Shown here: positions 1-8,913 of the stretch, piece after piece
How the letters are laid out: every line of letters starts with the position of its first letter
Numbering within the stretch: position 1 is the first letter of the stretch
NCBI GenBank assembly: GCA_035525215.1
Contig: DATLEY010000161.1
Location: forward strand, 8,483-72,482
DNA from: Thermoanaerobaculia bacterium
Lineage (GTDB): Bacteria; Acidobacteriota; Thermoanaerobaculia; Gp7-AA8
Reading direction: 5' to 3'
DNA length: 64,000 nucleotides
The notes under the pieces: generated by a model
Told to the model about the DNA's origin: nothing
Database searches by the model: none
What the model saw: only the letters and a program-made list of their open reading frames with translations
Program-made: the position numbers and the translations under genes

Positions 1-303
1 GGCCGGATGAAGAAAGAAGGATGGGGTCCCGGTCGAAGCGAGAGTGGCGCTGATCTTCTTGCAGATGATCCCGGACTTGCCGATCCCCATCGTGACGACC
101 CGCCCGCGGAGAGCCTGAAACATCTCGATCACGTTGACGAATGTCTCGTCGAGTCGGTCGACGAGCCCGAGGATCGCCGCCGCCTCGACCTCGAGAACTC
201 TCCGCCCCTCCAGGATCGAAGGATGGACGGAAGTGAGGGGGTCGGCGCGGTCGGGCGAGGGCATCGATCGGCCATTGTAGCCGGAGCGGCCTGCCATTCG
301 CAT
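1..303 (-). CDS. kdsD: Arabinose-5-phosphate isomerase (KdsD/GutQ family), N-terminal SIS-domain part; gene runs off the window start
   Basis: The reverse-complement frame reads ...RVVTMGIGKSGIICKKISATLASTGTPSFFLHPA. This is the diagnostic SIS-domain block of KdsD/GutQ. The start codon is uncertain: ATG at 303, 297 or 264. The C-terminus lies outside the window. The partial ORF is not reported by the ORF track. Confidence 0.6.
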   Translation of the reverse strand, partial: MRMAGRSGYNGRSMPSPDRADPLTSVHPSILEGRRVLEVEAAAILGLVDRLDETFVNVIEMFQALRGRVVTMGIGKSGIICKKISATLASTGTPSFFLHPA

Positions 304-458
304 AAGGCCCCGGGGCCTGAACAGATCGAAGTCGTGAATCGTGTAAACTGACGCCCTTTTCCGGCGGAATCCGGCGCTGGTTCCGAGGCGCCAGACCCGG
401 AACGGAGGCCCGTACCGGCCGGCTTCAAAACAAATCCAGGCGCAGCCAGGAGGAGATC

Positions 459-2018
459 ATGACTGAAATCGCATCGGCGTCGAAGACGCTCCCGGTCCAG
501 CCGAAGTCGGTCATTTGGAATCCCACTCCCGCGGAACTGAAAGACCTCACCTCGAAAATGCCGAATGCCCGGAAGACCGAGTTCGACAATTACAACGTCG
601 GAACGAAGGTCGTCTCGCGCTCCAAGCTCTCGACATTCCTCGTGACGGATGATCCATCCCAGTTCTCGGATCAGACCATCACCCGGGCCGAGTACGAGCG
701 CGTCGCCCGGTTGCAGGACGAGTACATCCGGAACCAGGAGATGATCGCGATCGAAGGCTTCATCGGGAACGATCCCGAGCATCGCGTTCCGGCACGCCTG
801 ATCATCGAGAAAAGAAACGCGAACATCGCGGGGATGCAGCAGCATCTCTATTACCAGGCCACCGCCGCAGAGCTCGAAAACTTCGAACCGGTCCTTCAGG
901 TCATCTACACGCCGAACCTCGAGATGCCCGGCTATCCCGACAACCGCCTCATCGCCGTCGATCTCGACAGCAACATCACCCGCGTTTTCAACTCCGATTA
1001 TTTCGGAGAGTCGAAGAAGGGCGGACTGCGGATGTGGAACCGCCTGGTCTACGAACGGGGCGGCCTCGCGCTCCACGCCGGATGCAAGGTCATCCCGGTC
1101 AACGGGAAGAATCGAGTCGGGCTCATCGTCGGGCTGTCCGGCACCGGGAAGACGACGACAACGTTCACCAAGCAGAATGATTCTTCGCCGGTGCAGGACG
1201 ATTTTCTGGCTCTGATGCCCGGTGGCAAAGTCGTCGCCACCGAGAACGGCTGCTTCGCCAAGACCTTCGGCCTCAACGAGAAGGACGAGCCGACGATCTT
1301 CCGGGCCTGCGCGTCACCTCACGCCTATCTGGAGAACGTCTCCCAGAGCGACAGCGGAAAGGTCGATTACTTCGATACCTCGTATACCAAGAACGGCCGC
1401 GCCGTGATCCGGATGCAGGACGTCGCGGGAAGCTTCGATGCCCGCAAGCTCGACAAGGCCGATTTCCTTCTGATTCTCAATCGCAACGACAACATCATTC
1501 CAGCCGTGGCCAAGCTCGAGGGGCCGCAGGCCGCGGCGTATTTCATGCTCGGTGAGACCAAGGGCACCTCTGCCGGGGGAGCCTCGGAGGCGGGCAAGTC
1601 CCTCCGGGTTCCCGGCACGAACCCCTTCTTCCCGATGCTGCACGCGAATCAGGGCAACCGCTTCCTCGAGCTTTTCGAAGCATCTCCGATGGACGTCTAC
1701 CTGTTGAACACGGGACGGATCGGAGGAGGGGATGAGGACGAGCGATCGAAGAAGGTCAGGATCCAGCACTCCTCGGCCATCGTGAAGTCCATCGCCGAAG
1801 GGACCATCGAGTGGGAGAAAGACTCCGATTTCGGCTATCTGGTCGCCACGAAGGTTCCCGGAATGGACGACGACGAATACCTGCAACCCCGCAGACTCTA
1901 CGAGCGCCAGGGGCGGATGGACGAGTACCGGCAGCTGGTCGAGAAGTACAAGCGCGAGCGCGCCGAGTACCTCGGGAAGTGGCCGGGGCTCGACGAGCGC
2001 GTCGTCAAGGCCCTGTGA
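459..2018 (+). CDS. pckA: Phosphoenolpyruvate carboxykinase (ATP)
   Basis: 519 aa. Contains the GLSGTGKTT kinase-1a motif and other PEPCK-ATP blocks (NGCFAKTFG, RIGGG). AGGAGG ribosome-binding site 5 nt upstream of the ATG. Confidence 0.9.
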   Translation: MTEIASASKTLPVQPKSVIWNPTPAELKDLTSKMPNARKTEFDNYNVGTKVVSRSKLSTFLVTDDPSQFSDQTITRAEYERVARLQDEYIRNQEMIAIEGFIGNDPEHRVPARLIIEKRNANIAGMQQHLYYQATAAELENFEPVLQVIYTPNLEMPGYPDNRLIAVDLDSNITRVFNSDYFGESKKGGLRMWNRLVYERGGLALHAGCKVIPVNGKNRVGLIVGLSGTGKTTTTFTKQNDSSPVQDDFLALMPGGKVVATENGCFAKTFGLNEKDEPTIFRACASPHAYLENVSQSDSGKVDYFDTSYTKNGRAVIRMQDVAGSFDARKLDKADFLLILNRNDNIIPAVAKLEGPQAAAYFMLGETKGTSAGGASEAGKSLRVPGTNPFFPMLHANQGNRFLELFEASPMDVYLLNTGRIGGGDEDERSKKVRIQHSSAIVKSIAEGTIEWEKDSDFGYLVATKVPGMDDDEYLQPRRLYERQGRMDEYRQLVEKYKRERAEYLGKWPGLDERVVKAL

Positions 2019-2030
2019 GACGGGACGCAC

Positions 2031-2062
2031 CGAACGAGGCGGGCTCCGGCCCGCCTCGTTCG
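2031..2062. terminator. Bidirectional stem-loop terminator between convergent pckA and lptFG
   Basis: Perfect 14-bp inverted repeat CGAACGAGGCGGGC-tccg-GCCCGCCTCGTTCG immediately after the pckA stop. It is followed by TCTCTTG on the plus strand. Confidence 0.6.
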
Positions 2063-2164
2063 TCTCTTGCGCCGCGTGAAGGATGATCGCGGTCACCGTG
2101 CTGGGTACGTGCGCGACCCCGACGGATACGTGGTCGCATTCGCCTCCAACCCGAGTGATGCCCG

Positions 2165-4501
2165 TCAGGTCTCCACGCGCAGGAACATGTACAGCGCCGC
2201 GAGCATGAAAAGCACGTTCGCGCTCCACGCCGCCAGAACCGCTGGTAGGCTTCCAACTTCGCCGAGCTTGGTGAAGATCCCGAAAATGGACCAGTAACCG
2301 AAGGCCAGAAACAAGGCGATGCCGATTCCATAGAGGGCGCCCTTCTTCCCCATCCGGAAGGAGAAGGGGAGGGCGATCAGCGCCATGATCACGCTGATGA
2401 AGGGCCAGGAAGTCTTCCGCCAGAGCTGCACGGTGAGCTCGTCCGGCGAATATCCCAGCCGCTTCAGGTTGCCGATGTACCGCCGCAGCTCTCCCCAGGT
2501 CATCTCCCCCGGCGTCTTCGCCTCCACTTCGAAATAGGAGGGTCGCTCCGGGTAATGGAGTCGCACCGGCTGGACGATCGGCGTGTACGAAGAACCCCCA
2601 TCATCTCCGAAGGAACGGACCCATCCTCCGACGAACACCCATCCCGTTCCGTCCCAGCGGGCCTCGTCGGCGACGACCCTCCTCGCGAGTTTGAACTCGC
2701 TAGGATGGAACTCGAAGATCTGAACCCGGGAGAGAGTCTTCGTTCGTTTGTCATATCTGAGAAAATTGAACAGGTAACGCCCCCGGCCGAAAACCCACTG
2801 CCGCTGCTCGGATGAGAACGTACTGGGAGTCTCATCCCCCTCGATCACCGACTTGAGCTCCGCCGCCCGGCTGTTCGAGTAGGGAAGGACGAAATCGAGA
2901 AGAAAGTACGAGAAAATACTGAGCAGAACCGCGACCGCCAGAACCGGGAGAGCGATCCGGTACAGCGAGATCCCGTTCGCCTTGATCGCCGTCACTTCGT
3001 TGTTCTTCGAAAGCACGCCGAAGGTGATCAGCGTCGCGACCAGCACTGAGATCGGCAGTACCCAGTCGAAGAACTGGAAGATGACGTAGCGATAGTAGGA
3101 AACGACGATCTCGAAAGGGACGTCGTTCTCGTTGATGTCCTGGATGATCTCGGTGTAATCGACCACGAGGAAGAGCACGATGGTCGAAAGCAGCACCAGT
3201 CCGAGAATCTTCAGGTACTGCGTGAGGATGTAGCGGTCGAGGATGTTCGGCAAGGGGATGTCGATTCGCTTAAGGATCCCGCCGTCGTCATCCTCGCTGG
3301 CCTCCGCCGCGGCGGCGATCTTTGACCCCCGGCGCTGCGCCAGTCGGCGCACCAGCAGGCCGAGAAATCCGCGGATTCGTCCCGGCTGGCGTTCCGATCC
3401 GGTCTTTCCCATCAACCAAAAGCCCAGACCGAGAATCAGAAAATTCGCGGCCCACATCGCGATCCAGGCCGGTAGCCGGCCCGACCGCGCCAGGCTCTCT
3501 CCGTTATTCAGGAGAATGTAATAGACCAGGATGATCAGAATACTTAAAGAAAAACCTGAACTTTTGCCTCCGCGGCGGTTCGTGATTCCCAGCGGCAGAC
3601 CGATGACCCCGAACGCAATGCAGGCAAACGGGATCGCGAAGCGCTGGTGGATCTCGACTCGGTAGAACCGCTCGTCGAGCGGATCCTGCTCCCGGCGGGC
3701 CTGCTCCAGACGGTCGAGCAACTCGGGAAGTCCCATTTCCTTCATCGATTTAGCGAGCTTCTTCACCTTCACGACCTCCTCGGTCGGGTCATGAAGGAAC
3801 AGGCGCTGGGAATCGTTCCGGTTGAGGTCGTAGCGGTCAGGGCGCCGGGATGAAGAGACATGAGTCTCCGGCCCGTGGAGCTCGAGCCAGGACTGGCGTG
3901 TTCCAGCGGTCATCGTCAGCCGGCCGCTGTCGGCCAGGATCGTTCTCTGCTGGTTCGGGTCGGAGGTATCGGCAATGAAGATTCCTTTCCAGAGTCCGGT
4001 CTCGGCATCGACGTCATTGATGTAGATGACCCGGTCCTGGAATTCGTCGAAGAAAACCCTGGGCTGGATTTTGGTCTCCGCCGCCATCGTGAGGAGACTC
4101 AGCTGGCGCTGCTGGAGGGCCCGGTTGCCTCTGGGCAAAACGGAAAGCATCAGATAGAGCGTGATGCCGAACATCAGGAGCGAAAAAATGAAAACCGGAC
4201 GGTAGATTGCCCGAGACGACAGACCGGCGGATTGCATCGCGATGATCTCGGAGTCGGCGGAGAGACGGCCGATCGCGATGAGGATGCCGACCAGGAGAGC
4301 CATCGGCAGGGTCAGAACCACGATGTGAGGAAGTGAGAGGGCCAGCAGCTCGAGAACCGTCGAGAACGGCAGCGAGCGCTTGATGATGAGCTCGGCGAAA
4401 TCGAAAAGGTTCTTGATCAGGATCAGCAGCGTATAGAACGAGAAGCCCAGCGTGGTGGGCCCCAGGAGCTCTCGAAAGATGTAACGCGTGAGGATCCGCA
4501 T
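2165..4501 (-). CDS. lptFG: LPS export ABC permease, fused LptF-LptG (two YjgP/YjgQ domains in one 778-aa polypeptide)
   Basis: N-terminus MRILTRYIFRELL... is typical of LptF/LptG. A second YjgP/YjgQ-like domain restarts near aa 400 (ILDRYILTQYLKILG...) after a charged linker. Each half has multiple TM segments and a periplasmic domain. Confidence 0.7.
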   Translation of the reverse strand: MRILTRYIFRELLGPTTLGFSFYTLLILIKNLFDFAELIIKRSLPFSTVLELLALSLPHIVVLTLPMALLVGILIAIGRLSADSEIIAMQSAGLSSRAIYRPVFIFSLLMFGITLYLMLSVLPRGNRALQQRQLSLLTMAAETKIQPRVFFDEFQDRVIYINDVDAETGLWKGIFIADTSDPNQQRTILADSGRLTMTAGTRQSWLELHGPETHVSSSRRPDRYDLNRNDSQRLFLHDPTEEVVKVKKLAKSMKEMGLPELLDRLEQARREQDPLDERFYRVEIHQRFAIPFACIAFGVIGLPLGITNRRGGKSSGFSLSILIILVYYILLNNGESLARSGRLPAWIAMWAANFLILGLGFWLMGKTGSERQPGRIRGFLGLLVRRLAQRRGSKIAAAAEASEDDDGGILKRIDIPLPNILDRYILTQYLKILGLVLLSTIVLFLVVDYTEIIQDINENDVPFEIVVSYYRYVIFQFFDWVLPISVLVATLITFGVLSKNNEVTAIKANGISLYRIALPVLAVAVLLSIFSYFLLDFVLPYSNSRAAELKSVIEGDETPSTFSSEQRQWVFGRGRYLFNFLRYDKRTKTLSRVQIFEFHPSEFKLARRVVADEARWDGTGWVFVGGWVRSFGDDGGSSYTPIVQPVRLHYPERPSYFEVEAKTPGEMTWGELRRYIGNLKRLGYSPDELTVQLWRKTSWPFISVIMALIALPFSFRMGKKGALYGIGIALFLAFGYWSIFGIFTKLGEVGSLPAVLAAWSANVLFMLAALYMFLRVET

Positions 4502-4639
4502 GGTCGGAAGGGGCGAGGCGGGATCATTAACGACGCCGGGAGCGCGAAGATTCGCTGAAACCGCTCCGGAGGCCTTGGCTTGCCGCTTTTCCGCAGAGTC
4601 CCATAAGATAGATTATGTTAAATACTTCCAGAGAACCGA

Positions 4640-5476
4640 TCATCGCTCCGACTCCAGCCTCTCAAGAACCGCCCGGAGCGCCGAGATCACCTCTTCCCGC
4701 TCCACCTCCGCTTTCCTGAACTTCAGGCTGAGCGTGAACGGCAGACTCTTGTCGTGCAGGTCGTACGAGTAATGCTTCGGGCGCCCCGCCTTTTTGACTT
4801 CCGGCTTCCGGGAGGTCGCTTTCCGGACCTCCGCCCGGCCGATCTCTCCGCGGCCGAACCTCTCGACCAGCATCTCCATCTCTTCTTCAGACCCGGCCCT
4901 CGCGATCTGCACCAGGACGGACTTGTTCGAGATGCCGGCTTCCCGGCAGAGCACCCGGATCCGGTCGGGAATCTCATTGAGCTGCAGGGTCTCGGTGATG
5001 GTCGTCCGTGACTTCCCGATCACCTGGGAGATCTTCTCGTGCGTGTACCCGAACTTCTCCTGGAGGAACTGGAAGCCTTCGGCCTCTTCGAATGCGGTGA
5101 GATCCTTCCGCTGAATGTTCTCGATCAGGGCGATCTCGACGACTTCCCGGTCCGAGGCATCGAGCTCGATGGCGGGAATCTCGTCCAGCCCGGCGGCCGT
5201 GGCCGCGCGGAAGCGCCTCTCGCCGGAGATGATCTGGTAGCGGCTCGGACCGATCTGTCGGACCAGAATGGGCTCCAGGACGCCTTTTTCCCGGATGGAG
5301 GCAGTCAGATCCTCGAGATTGCCGACGTTGGTTCTCGGCTGCCCCGGGTTCGGCTCGATGATCGACAGCGGCAGCATCGCCCCGATCTGGGAAGAAGATC
5401 TGCGCGCGAGCTCATCGACGAAGTGCGCGTCGTGGCGCATCCGCGCACGCTCTGGAAGTCCTCGCTTGGGGGTCAT
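4640..5476 (-). CDS. parB: Chromosome partitioning protein ParB/Spo0J
   Basis: ParB N-terminal box (ISGERRFRAA) plus HTH (SQVIGKSRTTITETL). Directly downstream of parA. Confidence 0.85.
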   Translation of the reverse strand: MTPKRGLPERARMRHDAHFVDELARRSSSQIGAMLPLSIIEPNPGQPRTNVGNLEDLTASIREKGVLEPILVRQIGPSRYQIISGERRFRAATAAGLDEIPAIELDASDREVVEIALIENIQRKDLTAFEEAEGFQFLQEKFGYTHEKISQVIGKSRTTITETLQLNEIPDRIRVLCREAGISNKSVLVQIARAGSEEEMEMLVERFGRGEIGRAEVRKATSRKPEVKKAGRPKHYSYDLHDKSLPFTLSLKFRKAEVEREEVISALRAVLERLESER

Positions 5477-5541
5477 TTCGGCTCCTGGGTCTCGGGTCTG
5501 ACTGCATGTCTACGCTGCACGGCGGGCGGCACTCCCCCATC

Positions 5542-6297
5542 TCAGACTCGCGCGAGGATTTCCTCGGATAGCGAGTAATACTCCATCGCCCCGCTCGATC
5601 GGGGCGCAAACGTGAAGATCGACTCCTTGTACGCGGGACTCTCCTCGAGCCGGATCGATTTGGTGATCACGGTCTGGAAGAGCCGGTCTCCGAAGACGTC
5701 GCGAATCTGGTCGTGGATGTCCTTGGCCAGCGTGGTACGGCGGTCATGCATCGTGATGACTACGCCCAGCAGCTGAAGGTTCGGATTCGGCCGGCTCTTG
5801 ATCTTCTCGATGGTCTCGAGGAGATCGTCCGTTCCTTCGAGCGCAAAATAAGAGGATTGGATGGGAACCAGAACATGAGTCGAAGCGACGAGCGCGTTGA
5901 CCGTGATCATGCCGAGCGTCGGCGGAGTGTCGATGAACACGTAATCGTAGTCAGAGATGACCTCCGACATCTTGTCCTTCAGACGGTAATGGCCGTCGAT
6001 CTCCCCGACCAGCTTCGATTCGAGCTTGGCCAGGGCGATTCGCGAGGGGGCCAGATCGAGCTGCTCGATCGGGGTCTTCACGATCACCTCGCGGAGGCCG
6101 AGCTCCTCCGAGACCATCACGTCGAACATCGATTTACTGATCTGGCGCACATCGACATAACTCATCGTCGAGTTCGCCTGAGGGTCGAGATCGATCAGGA
6201 GCGTCTTGAAGCCCTTGTTGGCGACGGCCGCAGCGAGATTGATCGCGGTCGTCGTCTTTCCGACCCCGCCCTTCTGATTCGCAACGGTGATGATCAT
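5542..6297 (-). CDS. parA: Chromosome partitioning ATPase ParA/Soj
   Basis: MIITVANQKGGVGKTTTAINLAA deviant Walker A. The track ORF extends to 6369, but the conserved protein starts at the ATG at 6297. Confidence 0.85.
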   Translation of the reverse strand: MIITVANQKGGVGKTTTAINLAAAVANKGFKTLLIDLDPQANSTMSYVDVRQISKSMFDVMVSEELGLREVIVKTPIEQLDLAPSRIALAKLESKLVGEIDGHYRLKDKMSEVISDYDYVFIDTPPTLGMITVNALVASTHVLVPIQSSYFALEGTDDLLETIEKIKSRPNPNLQLLGVVITMHDRRTTLAKDIHDQIRDVFGDRLFQTVITKSIRLEESPAYKESIFTFAPRSSGAMEYYSLSEEILARV

Positions 6298-6456
6298 CGG
6301 GCAAGGTCCCGTATCGATGATTCCCGGCTCAATCGCGCGCCGGCAACGCCGCGAGTTTCGGGATCCCAATCATGGACGCAGAACACTGGCGGGATTCTAA
6401 CCGACGGGGCACTCGGAGAGCGACCGGATGTTGGATGAAATCCGGCGGCCCCTCCC

Positions 6457-6942
6457 CTACATCTTGTACTTGCCGAGGTCCTCGGGACTGACTGATTCGA
6501 ACCACTTCTTCAGCTTCTCCTCGGATTGCTCTTCCGGGACGATGGTCTGCGCCTGGTCCAGAACCGTCTGAGCCACGAAGATCGGAGCCTCGGTACGCAG
6601 TGCGAGCGCGATCGCGTCGCTGGGTCGCGCATCGATCTCCACCGACCGGCCCCCCATGGACACGTCGATTCTCGCGAAAAACGTGGAGTCGCGAAGCTCG
6701 CTGATCACGATGCGATCGACTTTGCCCTCGATCTTCTCGATCACGTTCCTGAGAAGGTCGTGCGTCATCGGCCGCGGTGTCCCGATGTTCTCGAGCTGAA
6801 GGGCGATGGCGTTCGCCTCGAACACCCCGACCCAGATCGGAAGAAACACCTTCTCCTCGTCGTCCTTGAGCACGACGATCGGCGAATTGGAGACCGGATC
6901 GAGCATGAGCCCTTTGATGGTCATCGCGACGAGACTGCTCAT
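6457..6942 (-). CDS. Bifunctional nuclease (BFN/DUF151) family protein
   Basis: 161 aa. The pattern (…VVLKDDEEKVFLPIWVGVFEANAIA…RPMTHDL…) matches the DNase-RNase BFN domain family. 4-nt overlap with the upstream miaB stop. Confidence 0.55.
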   Translation of the reverse strand: MSSLVAMTIKGLMLDPVSNSPIVVLKDDEEKVFLPIWVGVFEANAIALQLENIGTPRPMTHDLLRNVIEKIEGKVDRIVISELRDSTFFARIDVSMGGRSVEIDARPSDAIALALRTEAPIFVAQTVLDQAQTIVPEEQSEEKLKKWFESVSPEDLGKYKM

Positions 6943-8234
6943 GCCACGGCCTCCCCTCTCAACGTGTGATGAAGCGCTTCATGGATGTGGACATCGACCA
7001 GCCGACCCAGCTCGGCCGGGCGGGGGCTGATGAAGTTGACGGTCCAGTTGTGCTCCGACTTGCCAGCGAATACCGATGCATCTCTGGCGCTCGGTCCCTC
7101 GTATAGCACCGGAATCACCCGTCCCACGTAGGATCGCAGAGTTTCCCGCTCGATCCCCTCCTGCAGTGCGAAGACTCGGTTGAGGCGCTCACTGGCGATC
7201 GGGTCGGGCACCGGATCTCCAAGGCGCAACGCCGGAGTTCCGGGACGAGGGGAGTACTTGAACGCATAGATCGAGCCGAAGCGGACCCGTTCCATCAGCG
7301 AGAGCGTCAGTTCGAAGTCCGATTCGCTCTCTCCCGGAAACCCGACGATGAGGTCCGTCGAAAAGCTCATCTCCGGGATGGCTTCACGGATCCTGTCGAC
7401 GGTGTCGAGGTAGCGCTCGCGCGTATAGAGCCGCTTCATCCGCCGGAGCACCGCCGAGGAGCCCGACTGGACGGGAAGATGAAGGAAGCGGCAGATCTGC
7501 GCCCGGTCGCGCATGACCTCGATCAGCCGGCCCGTGACTTCGGCCGGGTGAGACGTCATGAAGCGGAGGCGAAGAAGTCCGGAAAGATCCGTGACGGCCT
7601 CGAGCAGTGCGGCGAAGTCCATTCCGGTCTCCGGACACCGATACGCATTGACGGTCTGCCCGAGCAACTCGATCTCGACTCGTCCCTGTTCGAGAGCGTG
7701 CCGGATCTCCGCCATCAGATCCCGGGAGGGACGGGAGATCTCGCGTCCGCGAGTCGTGGGAACGATGCAAAAGGTGCAGTTCTTGTTGCACCCTTCGATG
7801 ATCGTCACCTGGGCGCGCACTGCGGAAGGGCGGTCGATGGTCAGATGATCGTAAGAGCGCTCGGCAGGGAAATCGACAGCGATCTTCTTTTTCCCATCGA
7901 TGATCTCGTCGAGGAATCCGACGTTCGCGGGGCCCATCACGAAATCGACCCAGGGGGAGCGTTCCAGGATCCGCTCCCCTTCCTGCTGGGCGACGCAGCC
8001 GGCCACTCCGATTCTGGCACCGCGCCGGCGCTGATATCGAAGCTCACCCAGCCGGCTGTAAACCTTCGATTCCGACTTGTCCCGGATGCTGCAGGTGTTG
8101 AGCAGAATCAGATCCGCCTCGCGGGCGCTCTCGGCCCGACGATATCCGCGCAGCCGCAACTGCCCGCCCAGCCTCTGGCTGTCGAGATCGTTCATCTGGC
8201 AGCCCCAGGTCTCGATGAAGTAGCTCTTTTCCAT
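6939..8234 (-). CDS. miaB: MiaB-family radical-SAM methylthiotransferase (tRNA i6A37 methylthiotransferase-like)
   Basis: N-terminal MTTase domain (YFIETWGCQMN), radical-SAM CNKNCTFC cluster and a C-terminal TRAM-like segment. MiaB cannot be strictly separated from MtaB/RimO by eye. Confidence 0.7.
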   Translation of the reverse strand: MEKSYFIETWGCQMNDLDSQRLGGQLRLRGYRRAESAREADLILLNTCSIRDKSESKVYSRLGELRYQRRRGARIGVAGCVAQQEGERILERSPWVDFVMGPANVGFLDEIIDGKKKIAVDFPAERSYDHLTIDRPSAVRAQVTIIEGCNKNCTFCIVPTTRGREISRPSRDLMAEIRHALEQGRVEIELLGQTVNAYRCPETGMDFAALLEAVTDLSGLLRLRFMTSHPAEVTGRLIEVMRDRAQICRFLHLPVQSGSSAVLRRMKRLYTRERYLDTVDRIREAIPEMSFSTDLIVGFPGESESDFELTLSLMERVRFGSIYAFKYSPRPGTPALRLGDPVPDPIASERLNRVFALQEGIERETLRSYVGRVIPVLYEGPSARDASVFAGKSEHNWTVNFISPRPAELGRLVDVHIHEALHHTLRGEAVA

Positions 8235-8815
8235 CAGGGCTTCGGCGCAACGACGTTGGAGGCTTCCTTCAGCCGGCGAGCTTCCTCGCGCGCCGCGGTC
8301 AGGGCGGCCTTCTTTTCATCCAGCGATCTTTTCGCGGTCTGGTACCGGTCGAAGATCTCGTCTTCACGGTTCTCCGGATCCTCTTCCTCGTAATACTCCT
8401 CTTCGAGAGGACCGAGTGACTTCTCGATCGCAGCGATTTCCTTTTCGAGCGCGGTCACTCTGGCGTCGGCCGCGAGGCGAGCCGCGGCCTGCGAGCTCTT
8501 CTCATTGGCCATGCGATCGAGGATCTCCCCTGCCGGCTCGTCCTTCTCGTTCAGTTCGGGAATCAGCGAGGCGGAGTGGACGATGGTGACCCTCCCCCCG
8601 GAGTTCTTGACCACGTCATCGGTGATGACGATTCCCGAGAGGCGGCTCTTTTCCCGGTTCTTGCGCGCGTCCTTGGCCGCCTTGACCAGGGGGGAATCCT
8701 CCTGCGAAGCGGTCTCTTCGGAGGAGGCGGGCGCCGTTTTGGGGGCTTTGGAAGGCTCCGCCGCGATCAGCGCGGAAGCCGCCAGACAGAAACCTGCGAG
8801 GAGAAGACTTTTCAT
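8234..8815 (-). CDS. Secreted acidic coiled-coil protein (hypothetical)
   Basis: The signal peptide MKSLLLAGFCLAASALIAA starts at the internal ATG at 8815. The longer track ORF to 9160 would bury the signal peptide. The rest is K/E/A-rich helical sequence. Confidence 0.45.
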   Translation of the reverse strand: MKSLLLAGFCLAASALIAAEPSKAPKTAPASSEETASQEDSPLVKAAKDARKNREKSRLSGIVITDDVVKNSGGRVTIVHSASLIPELNEKDEPAGEILDRMANEKSSQAAARLAADARVTALEKEIAAIEKSLGPLEEEYYEEEDPENREDEIFDRYQTAKRSLDEKKAALTAAREEARRLKEASNVVAPKP

Positions 8816-8913
8816 GCTTTCACCCGGATCGATGATACTCCAGGGAGCCTGAGCTCCCGGAGAGACGGTCCGCCATCGTGAACAGACGTGCGCGGGGAGG
8901 CATTTCTCGCGGC

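Noticed and set aside
7-351. 114-aa plus-strand ORF at window start
   Set aside because: The opposite strand encodes a clear KdsD/GutQ SIS domain. The plus-strand translation has no recognisable features.
129-1076. 315-aa minus-strand ORF
   Set aside because: Antisense to the well-supported pckA gene. Arg/Pro/Gly-rich low-complexity translation typical of high-GC antisense frames.
4502-6456. parS site search near parAB
   Set aside because: No clear match to TGTTNCACGTGAAACA was found by eye in or around parAB. This cannot be excluded without a pattern scan.
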